From Waddliaceae bacterium (lineage in GTDB: Bacteria; Chlamydiota; Chlamydiia; Chlamydiales; SLFE01), in contig CAWAPJ010000024.1 in NCBI GenBank assembly GCA_963783885.1, positions 1 to 10,885 of the forward strand: a DNA stretch of 10,885 bases, read 5' to 3'. The position numbers and the translations under genes were made by a program. This document shows positions 1 through 7,500 of the stretch, one piece after another. Position 1 is the stretch's first letter; each line of letters starts with the position of its first letter. The notes under the pieces are model-generated. The model saw only the letters and a program-made list of their open reading frames with translations. It ran no database searches and had not been told where the DNA came from.

Positions 1-1
1 T

Positions 2-211
2 CAGCCTCTTCTTTATATTCTGCGAGAATCCTCAATTCGGAAAACAAGCGAGGTCGGTCTGAATGCGTTAATCAAGCTAAATGGATACAATACCCCGCCT
101 ATTCCCGATTTTGCCGCCGACTACATTGTAAGCCAATTTACAATAGACGATGCTCCCAAGATGGCAGGACTAATGGTTTTATACCTCTTAAAGTATAATA
201 TAAGTTATTAA
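2..211 (+). CDS. 3' end of a hypothetical protein entering from upstream of the window (partial)
   Basis: Frame 2 is open from the window edge to TAA 209-211 and reads QPLLYILRESSIRKTSEVGLNALIKLNGYNTPPIPDFAADYIVSQFTIDDAPKMAGLMVLYLLKYNISY*, followed by an AT-rich intergenic stretch. Frame 1 is also open to 198 but looks less protein-like. No family recognised. Confidence 0.45.
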   Translation, partial: QPLLYILRESSIRKTSEVGLNALIKLNGYNTPPIPDFAADYIVSQFTIDDAPKMAGLMVLYLLKYNISY

Positions 212-310
212 TAATTAATTTGTTAATAAAATTAACCTCAAATAATTCATATTTTAATATAAGAGGGTTAGAGCATTTCTATTGCTCTCTTATCGTGGAG
301 GTTAGTTGTT

Positions 311-511
311 ATGAAAATTCTAGATATACTTGCTGCGATTTTGCTGGTAATCGGAGGTCTTAACTGGGGACTAGTCGGAATTTTCGATTGGAACTTTGTT
401 ACATGGATCTTTCGAGAACCCATTATCATCAGAATCGTCTATATCCTTGTTGGTCTTGCGGCCGTTTATCAGGCATTCGCCTGGAAAAGCATTCAAAAAC
501 GTTGGCAATAA
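311..511 (+). CDS. DUF378 family small membrane protein (66 aa)
   Basis: Motifs LLVIGGLNWGLVGIFDWNFV and RIVYILVGLAAVY match the DUF378 pattern, with two hydrophobic segments. SD GGAGG at 297-301 and tandem TAA TAA stops. Confidence 0.92.
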   Translation: MKILDILAAILLVIGGLNWGLVGIFDWNFVTWIFREPIIIRIVYILVGLAAVYQAFAWKSIQKRWQ

Positions 512-522
512 TAACGAGACTT

Positions 523-554
523 TCAGTGCCGACTAAATTATTAGTTGGCACTGA
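523..554. terminator. 14-bp inverted repeat between convergent DUF378 and pyk genes; probable bidirectional terminator
   Basis: TCAGTGCCGACTAA (523-536), loop ATTA, TTAGTTGGCACTGA (541-554): 13/14 Watson-Crick pairs plus one G-U on the + strand. It abuts the pyk stop codon. U-tracts are weak. Confidence 0.65.
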
Positions 555-2318
555 TTATATCACGACGCCTTTGTAAACAAGTGATTTTTCCGGATCGAGA
601 GTCACCAGCTGCCCTTCATGAAGAATGCGGCAGGCATCATCAGCCCGAACTATCACAGATTTGCCCAGTTCCTTAGCATATTTTAGCAGCTGCTTTTCCG
701 ATTGATGATCATCGACATGGTTTTGTAAAATGACACCGGTGGCATTCCGCAAAAAGGGCAGCAGGCTCTCATCGCAATAGGTGATAACCAGTATCTGCCC
801 TCGGACATGATAGGGATTTCTGGATTCTGTAGATAAGACCATGCTGATATTTCCATGCACTCTATTGCCGCTGCCTCCAAATCCCCTGACTAAAACATCA
901 CCAATATTTTCGACCATCATGGTATTCGTCGTACCGGCAAATCCAAACGGCTGCCCTGCCGTGACAACGACCAGATCTCCGTAGGAAACCATATTTTGCT
1001 CTAAAGCAAAGTGACTCAGGGACTCAAAGGCATTTTCTACAGTATTGCCATCTGTAGAATAAAACGGGACAACGCCCCAGATAAACGCCATCTGATGAAA
1101 ACATTTTTTACGGGGAGTCATGGCGATAATCGGCATTTTTGGCCTCAGGCGAGATAGAAGCCTGGGAGTGCTGCCGCTTTGGGTAAAGGTGAAAATAGCC
1201 TTAGCATCTGAACTATAGGCTGTCTTCACGGCCGCCAGAGTCACGGAAGAGGGAACATCGTGATAGATGATACCGGCATGCTGCTGGAAAAACTGCTGGT
1301 AGGGAAAGTCTTCCTCGGCCTCATAGGCAATACTTTTCATAACGCTGACCGTTTCCACAGGATAATTTCCTACAGCCGTCTCCCCCGAAAGCATCACCGC
1401 GCTTGTGCTGTCGTAGATCGCATTGGCCACATCAGATGTCTCAGCCCGTGTTGGTCTAGGATTATTGATCATGGACTCAAGCATATGCGTGGCAGTCACA
1501 GCCAACTTGCCTGTCATACAGGCCTTGCGTATCATCATTTTTTGCAGCTTGGGAACTTGCGTCAAGGGAACTTCCACCCCCAGATCGCCCCTGGCGACCA
1601 TAATCCCGTCGGCGACCTGCAAGATGCTGTCCAAATTATCGACGCCTCTTCGATTTTCAATTTTGGCGACCACCCAAATATCTTTTTTCTTTTCTTGCCT
1701 CAAAAGATCTTTAACAATAACGACATGTTCTGCAGAACGGATGAATGACGCAGCAATAATATCGACATCCATTTCACACCCGAATTTAATGTCCTGAATA
1801 TCTTTTTGGCTAACCACAGGGAGATTAAGGTCTGTCTCGGGGACATTGATCCCCTTGCGGGACTTGATGACCCCTCCATTGCCAATTTCAACCAGAACCC
1901 CTTCTTTTGTTTTATCGATAACTTTTGAAGAGATGTAGCCATTGTCAAAGAGCACGGTCATTCCCACTTCAAAATAGTCCAGAACATCGCTTGGAACAAC
2001 GGAGACTCGCTCAAGGTCGCCTTCAATCTCATCGGCAATTAAAAGCCAGCGGTGGCCGGCAGGCAGGTGAAAGGCTTCATCTTTTAAAGTCCCAAGCCTG
2101 ACTTCGGGACCTTTTGTATCGAGCATGATTGCAAGGGGAACTTCGAGTTCATCGCGCGCTTCTTTCAGCATCTCAATAACTCGGCCATGCTGTTCATACC
2201 CGCCGTGGCTAAAGTTTAAGCGCGCAACATCCATTCCCGCCCGGATCAGCTCCCGAATTTTTTCAGGAGTCGCTACAGCGGGACCCATAGTGCAAATAAT
2301 CTTAGTCCTAGTCCACAT
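555..2318 (-). CDS. pyk: Pyruvate kinase (587 aa) with C-terminal PEP-utilising swivel-like domain
   Basis: Motifs RTKIICTMGPA, ARLNFSHG, MLDTKGPEVR, AKIEN, DGIMVARGDLGVE, PRPTRAETSDVANA and VMLSGETA. A ~115-aa extension ends in EGQLVTLDPEKSLVYKG. Confidence 0.98.
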   Translation of the reverse strand: MWTRTKIICTMGPAVATPEKIRELIRAGMDVARLNFSHGGYEQHGRVIEMLKEARDELEVPLAIMLDTKGPEVRLGTLKDEAFHLPAGHRWLLIADEIEGDLERVSVVPSDVLDYFEVGMTVLFDNGYISSKVIDKTKEGVLVEIGNGGVIKSRKGINVPETDLNLPVVSQKDIQDIKFGCEMDVDIIAASFIRSAEHVVIVKDLLRQEKKKDIWVVAKIENRRGVDNLDSILQVADGIMVARGDLGVEVPLTQVPKLQKMMIRKACMTGKLAVTATHMLESMINNPRPTRAETSDVANAIYDSTSAVMLSGETAVGNYPVETVSVMKSIAYEAEEDFPYQQFFQQHAGIIYHDVPSSVTLAAVKTAYSSDAKAIFTFTQSGSTPRLLSRLRPKMPIIAMTPRKKCFHQMAFIWGVVPFYSTDGNTVENAFESLSHFALEQNMVSYGDLVVVTAGQPFGFAGTTNTMMVENIGDVLVRGFGGSGNRVHGNISMVLSTESRNPYHVRGQILVITYCDESLLPFLRNATGVILQNHVDDHQSEKQLLKYAKELGKSVIVRADDACRILHEGQLVTLDPEKSLVYKGVVI

Positions 2319-2324
2319 AATCTA

Positions 2325-2353
2325 AGGATAAATCATTATCCGACTGATCGCAA
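2325..2353 (-). promoter_or_regulatory. Sigma66/70-type promoter of pyk (TTGCGA-N17-TATCCT)
   Basis: On the minus strand: TTGCGA (2353-2348), a 17-nt spacer, TATCCT (2330-2325), then 6 nt to the ATG at 2318. No SD. Confidence 0.6.
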
Positions 2354-2433
2354 GTCATTTACTCAGCTAATATACGTTAATTTTCGACTGTGGTAAGAAT
2401 AAATAAGAAATACATACTCTAATTGAGGAGGTT

Positions 2434-2619
2434 GTGATGAAAAAAATTGACCAAAGAATTTCATCACATTTAAAATTTACCGATAAAACACCTAACCAAT
2501 TAAATCCCTATAGGATAAAACCAAAACACACTCCCCTTGGAATCTGGGTGGATCGCTGGTGCCAATCCCCTGTAGAAAAAAAACGGCAAAATTTAAGCGG
2601 AAGGGTTAGAAAGGATTGA
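2434..2619 (+). CDS. Candidate small basic hypothetical protein (60-61 aa; GTG 2434 or ATG 2437)
   Basis: Strong SD GAGGAGG at 2425-2431, 5 nt before ATG 2437, and an MKKI start. It fills an otherwise empty 287-nt gap and overlaps the convergent Nif3 gene by 14 nt. No family recognised. Confidence 0.5.
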   Translation: MMKKIDQRISSHLKFTDKTPNQLNPYRIKPKHTPLGIWVDRWCQSPVEKKRQNLSGRVRKD

Positions 2620-3361
2620 AGATATCGATAAACTCAGCCGGCAACGAAAATTTTTCCGCCAGGTGGCCGGCCAGAGCTCTTGGTCCAATTTTTTCGGTAG
2701 CGTTGTGTCCTAAAGCCATAAAATTGATTTTTTCTTCGAAGGCCCATGCCCATGCGGGTTCATCAAAGTTTCCTGTGATAAAGACATCGATTTGCTCTTT
2801 GGCAGCTTCGAGCATGCTTCGATAGGCGCCTCCCGAAACGAGAGCGGCCCGCCTCACGGTTTCGGGTCCGCCGAGCGCCGTATGGGCGGGGTGGCCGTAA
2901 TAGGCCTCCAGTGCTTTTTGAAATTCTTCTCGGCTTGTATTATCGACTACTCCCTGCACACCTATGAACACATCGCCTATCATTCCGAACGGCTTTAATG
3001 ATTTCCACCCTAATTCTTTAGCAGCGAGCCAATTATTGCCAAGCTCGCCATGAGCATCCAAAGGGAGATGATAGGCCAGAAGAGAGATGCCGTTTCTCAG
3101 CAAAAGCTCAATTTTTTTCTTTTTAGCCCCAGCGATCCTCGGAGAATCTTTTTCCCAAAAAATCCCGTGATGGACAATGAGGCAGTCGACTTCCGAAGAG
3201 ACAGCGGCTTCGATGGTTTCAAGGTTTGCGGAAACAGCCGTGCCGATTTTACTAACCCGATGACAGCCTTCTATTTGCAGGCCATTGGGACAGTAATCTT
3301 TAAATTCCCCGATTTTGAGAAGCTCGTCCAAATGCCGACAAATCTCTTGTAAAGTAATCAT
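2606..3361 (-). CDS. Nif3/YbgI-like dinuclear metal-centre protein (DUF34, 251 aa)
   Basis: Motifs DYCPNGLQIEG, LIVHHGIFW, AYHLPLDAH, FITGN and LGHNATE. Start moved to ATG 3361 (MITLQEI): the track start at 3418 would overlap rpiA, and 251 aa fits the family length. Confidence 0.95.
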   Translation of the reverse strand: MITLQEICRHLDELLKIGEFKDYCPNGLQIEGCHRVSKIGTAVSANLETIEAAVSSEVDCLIVHHGIFWEKDSPRIAGAKKKKIELLLRNGISLLAYHLPLDAHGELGNNWLAAKELGWKSLKPFGMIGDVFIGVQGVVDNTSREEFQKALEAYYGHPAHTALGGPETVRRAALVSGGAYRSMLEAAKEQIDVFITGNFDEPAWAWAFEEKINFMALGHNATEKIGPRALAGHLAEKFSLPAEFIDIFNPF

Positions 3362-3404
3362 TAATCTCGCCAATATGAGGTTGAAACACACTATAACAAA
3401 AATT
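3362..3404. promoter_or_regulatory. 43-bp divergent promoter region between the Nif3 gene and rpiA
   Basis: + strand: TATAAC at 3392-3397, 7 nt before the rpiA ATG. - strand: TTGTTA (3399-3394)-N16-CATATT (3377-3372), 10 nt before the Nif3 ATG. Confidence 0.45.
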
Positions 3405-4100
3405 ATGCCTTTTACCAATCAAAAATCCAATGCCGCAGCAAAAGAAGCTGCAGGAAAAGAAGCGGTGAAATTCATTCAGGACGGAATGATTGTGGGCCTT
3501 GGAACCGGCTCGACAGCGGCTTTTTTTATTCAGGGATTGATTGACAGAGTGAGGCATGGGTTGAAGATCCGCGCGGTTTCAAGCTCGAAACATTCGGCAA
3601 ATCAGGCAAAAGAAGGCGGCATCGACGTTGTCGACATCGACGATGTCGACAAAATCGATATCACCGTCGACGGCGCCGATCAGATCGACGCTCAAAACCG
3701 TATGATCAAAGGAGGCGGAGGCGCTCATTTGCGAGAAAAGATTGTCGCCTCGTCCAGCAGTGAAATGATCGTTATCGTCGATGAGACCAAAGTTGTCGAC
3801 CAGTTGGGGAGTTTTCCGCTCCCGCTGGAAGTGGCAAAATTCGGCCATAAGGCAACGCAAAAAAAATTAGAAAACCAGGGCTTCAATGCCGCACTCAGAA
3901 AAAATGAGTCAGGAGACCTCTATATTACCGATAACGAAAATTATATTATTGATATTCACTTTAACAAGCCCATCGATAACCCTGAAAAGCAAGATATGAT
4001 TTTACGCAACATACCCGGAATTTTAGAAACGGGATTTTTCTTTAATCTGGCAACTCGAGTCATTATAGGAAACAACCAAGGTAAAATAAATATTCGCTAG
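3405..4100 (+). CDS. rpiA: Ribose-5-phosphate isomerase A (231 aa)
   Basis: Motifs AKEAAG, GMIVGLGTGST, VDGADQID, MIKGGGGAHLREKIVA, PLPLEV, ITDNENYIID and IPGILETGFF. Start set at ATG 3405; longer starts overlap the Nif3 gene or its upstream region. Confidence 0.97.
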   Translation: MPFTNQKSNAAAKEAAGKEAVKFIQDGMIVGLGTGSTAAFFIQGLIDRVRHGLKIRAVSSSKHSANQAKEGGIDVVDIDDVDKIDITVDGADQIDAQNRMIKGGGGAHLREKIVASSSSEMIVIVDETKVVDQLGSFPLPLEVAKFGHKATQKKLENQGFNAALRKNESGDLYITDNENYIIDIHFNKPIDNPEKQDMILRNIPGILETGFFFNLATRVIIGNNQGKINIR

Positions 4101-4133
4101 TAGAGGGAAAATATGCTTGAGGGACATTCCGAT

Positions 4134-4547
4134 ATGTTGTCAGAGCTGGTCCTTTTGTCTTTCGACAAGGTCATGCAGACAAGAGCCTACACTGTTATTA
4201 TCCTCGGAACCGAGGAGAAAAAATTTGCCATATACACAGATCCGAGCACAGGGCGCACCCTGCAGCTATTTTTAACCGGTTCCGAAAAGCCTCGTCCCCT
4301 AACCCACGATCTTTTCAATTCAATTTTTATCTCTTTCGATATCAAAGTGATTCAAGTTGTCATATACGATATTCAGGATACCATCTATTTTGCCCGCCTG
4401 TTTTTAGAACAAATGGACGGCGATATCCGGCACATTGTGGAAATCGACGCTAGGCCAAGCGACTCTATTATTATGGCCCTGATGAATACCGCGCCGGTCT
4501 ACTGCACTAAAGAAGTTCTTGAAAAAACAGTTCCCGTTGAGGAATAA
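4134..4547 (+). CDS. Bifunctional nuclease family protein (DUF151/BFN domain)
   Basis: Motifs PRPLTHDL, YFARLFL, IDARPSDSI and APVYC. Two possible starts each have a GAGGGA SD-like sequence (ATG 4113 or ATG 4134); 4134 is preferred but not certain. Probably co-transcribed with rpiA. Confidence 0.93.
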   Translation: MLSELVLLSFDKVMQTRAYTVIILGTEEKKFAIYTDPSTGRTLQLFLTGSEKPRPLTHDLFNSIFISFDIKVIQVVIYDIQDTIYFARLFLEQMDGDIRHIVEIDARPSDSIIMALMNTAPVYCTKEVLEKTVPVEE

Positions 4548-4566
4548 CCAAGTTTTAGTCTATAAT
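4537..4566 (+). promoter_or_regulatory. Sigma66/70-type promoter of the giant gene (TTGAGG-N18-TATAAT)
   Basis: TTGAGG at 4537-4542 (inside the end of the DUF151 gene), perfect TATAAT at 4561-4566, then 8 nt to ATG 4575. No SD. Confidence 0.6.
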
Positions 4567-4574
4567 CTAGCGGC

Positions 4575-7500
4575 ATGAATATCTCAAGCCGATCACAACC
4601 GTTCATCCGGTTTCAAAAACAGGAAAAACATTTTTTTGAAGACAAGTTTAAAGAAATACAGGAAAAACTCAGAGCGTTTTGTCTGGTTGACAGCGAGGGA
4701 AATCCCAATGAGCAGCTCTTGTCCTGCCCCCTTCCTTCCCTAACTGAAGAAGAAAAAAAAGCAGCCTATGAAACTCTTAAGCAAAAGATCTGCTATGACG
4801 ATCCGGAAAATGGAGTGAGACTTACAGCAACGCCTGAAGACATTGAAAAAGCCCTGGATGAAGAAATAGGCCTTTCCTCCCTCATTCTTTGCGGAAGCAA
4901 ACTGATTGAAATATTAGGTGTCAGCTACTGGATAAGAGCCCTGGAGACAGCTTATGAATTTTTGTTCGGACTTCATCTCGATGTCAAGACAGTTCTAGGG
5001 AAAGAAACATTACAATTTCTTGAAGAATTGCTCAAAGGCGCTCCCGATACAGACTTTAGAAATTATTTCAAAGGTCCCTATATATCTCTGAATCGCGCTC
5101 AAGATTGCGTCCTGGCCTGTCTGGCCAATCTCAACGACTTTAAAAACGATAAAAAAAAGCTAGCATCGATCTTAAAAAAAAATAAATATAAAGTCACTCA
5201 CCTGGATAAATGTCCCTTAGATATCATCCGATGTTCAAATATTTTTGATAAATTTACAACCCGTCCCAATGGGTTTGCCGTTGTCTCCCTGCAAAATATA
5301 GAAATCATCAACATCAAGTCTCTCAAAAGATCCGATGGAATTCTGACCAGCGGTTCATTGAAACTGGATCTTTTTTCTCTTTTCCGCGGTCAGACCGGTG
5401 AAGATATTAGGCCTGAAAGCAACCTCGGCAATGGCTGGATGGCCATTTTTCATATCATGCAAGGGCTCATTTTGCCGTCGGACGAAACAGCCGTTGAAGA
5501 CGGCGACATCCTCAAAGCCTGGCGCCGGGCCGCAAGAGGACATCGATATGGTGATCCCCAAAAAATATATCGAATGCTCGAAGAGTTTATAAAAGTAAAT
5601 GAGACGCCCGAGAAAATTGCCCAAAAGTTAATAGAAGACCATAAAAATCACCTTAATGGATCTAAAAACGGAGGGGCCGCCGTATTATTCCACTCCCTTC
5701 AGTCCTTTTATAAAAGTAACTGTTTTACAAACGCCAAACTCTCAAAAATTGTCGAAAATACCCAAAAAATTTGGAGAAATTCCGATCTGGCACCATTTTT
5801 TCAATGCATGTGCGGCAAAAATGCCCTCCCCTTTCCATCTGTCTATGCCGCCCTCTGTTTTAACTACCTCAATGAATTTGGCCTGGAAGTGAAAATCAAA
5901 CTTGGCAAAGAGTCGAAAGCTATTATTACAATCAATCTCAGAGAAGGACTTTGCTGGTTAAATCTTAAACATATTCCCTTTCTATTTCATGAAGATGGCA
6001 AAATTCCGATTGAACTCTCGCTGGCTCAAAAACTTTTCAAAAAAGATAAAATTATCTTTGCCTCCCAAATTAAAAAGCTCATTGTCCGTTCTTTAGAAAA
6101 AGGACCCTCTCCACAAAAAAAGTCTCTCGACACAATTTGGGATATGGCCAAATATTTATTGGAACAACAACAAATTGAGCTTGGCTTAGATGTCTTTTCT
6201 GCCTACATTGCCGGATCTTCTGTCGATACCGCCGAAAAAATCAAAGGTTTTTTCCGACTGCTAAATCCTCTTGTGAAAAATTCGATTAAGATTTTATGCG
6301 GCAGCCGCATAGTTAAGATTCTCGATGTGATGCAGGCCCACTCAACTTCGGACAGGAAGTATCTTGCCGATCGCTGCCTGTCTCTTACCCGGTATTATTT
6401 AAAGTCCGAGCAGCCAAAGCAGGCAGTTGATCTTTGGCTCTACTCTCAAAGCAAAGGGTATTTTGCCGGATTTAGCAATGAACAGATTCACAAGCTCCAA
6501 ATGTCACTCTTCTCAAAGCAGCTGGCTCAAACACCTTCGGATAACACAAATAGACTCCTTCAGTTTATCTTTAATTCTGCGAACAAACTCAGCGATGACG
6601 CGGAAAAAACACTCATATCCTTATTAATGGAAAATGACGACTACCTTCCCGATCAAACGCTGCATGCCTCTATTGCCGAAATCATGAAAAAACAAAACGC
6701 ATTTGCAACAGGACTCACATACTTTTCAAATCTAAGCAAGCAAGAGGCGCTAAATTTGCGCACTCCAGTTGTCGCGGAGTTCTGTCTTGAGTGCATTGAC
6801 AAGGCAAAAGAAACAAATATGGAGGCAGCAAATTGTTTATTTAAGAATCTCATAAGCTCTTACCATGTCAAAAAATTTAATTTAATTCCCGAACTGGCCA
6901 TCACATTTACCGATTACAATCGTTTATCAGACGTTTCTTTCGCTTATAAATGCCTGGACATTTATCTCCAAAATTCTAAAGATTTATCTGAATCATCCTT
7001 ATGTCTTATCCTGGAATTTTGTGACTCATTGATTAAAAACTATGATATACGTTTTTTTTCATTGACAAAACAAATACTCCCAATGCTGAAGCGGAATCCT
7101 CAATATGCAACCACATGGAGCAATGCGATTCAATCGGCATGTTCATTAGATCACATACTCGATCTCAAACACAGCTTTGGCATTGCTCATTTTTTCATCT
7201 CTCAAAAAGATCTTTTTATCAATTCCCAATTTCAATCCTTTTATAAGGATGTATTGACTCAATTATGTCAATATAAGAGCGAACAGAAATTAAACATTAG
7301 GCTCGATGATAAAGAATTACTTACATTGATTAAAATTGTTCGTGAAACACATGAAACCAGGGATTTTGTTTGGATATACTTATCCTTTCAAGCGGCGAAT
7401 AGCGAAAATTCAAAAGTTAAGAAAGAGTGCTGGAATTGCTTTATCAAAGTTTTAGAGAGAAATAAAAATAAACCTCCCTTTAGATACGGAGATGCGTTCA

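Noticed and set aside
3315-3418. Extended starts for rpiA (3315) and the Nif3 gene (3418)
   Set aside because: They would create a 104-nt head-to-head overlap and non-family N-terminal extensions; ATG 3405 and ATG 3361 fit better.
3666-3689. RpiA DGADQ instead of DGADE
   Set aside because: The aspartates, KGGG and the REK glutamate are intact; a conservative change at this position is not evidence of altered function.
3620-3691. Cluster of TCGAC/GTCGAC repeats
   Set aside because: Explained by codon use in the RpiA segment IDVVDIDDVDKIDITVDG; there is no spacer structure, so it is not a CRISPR or tandem repeat.
388-3860. Alternative-frame and antisense ORFs in the track (388-576, 683-880, 1260-1748, 1423-1797, 1700-1948, 2125-2325, 2616-2825, 2792-2998, 3050-3352, 3300-3557, 3579-3860)
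   Set aside because: They overlap well-supported genes and have no recognisable motifs; they are shadow ORFs.
4113-5729. DUF151 nuclease next to a nucleotidyltransferase as a CBASS-like or toxin-antitoxin module
   Set aside because: The NTase resembles TENT5 rather than cGAS/DncV or MNT, and it has its own promoter. DUF151 looks like a core gene co-transcribed with rpiA. Adjacency is probably just the insertion site.
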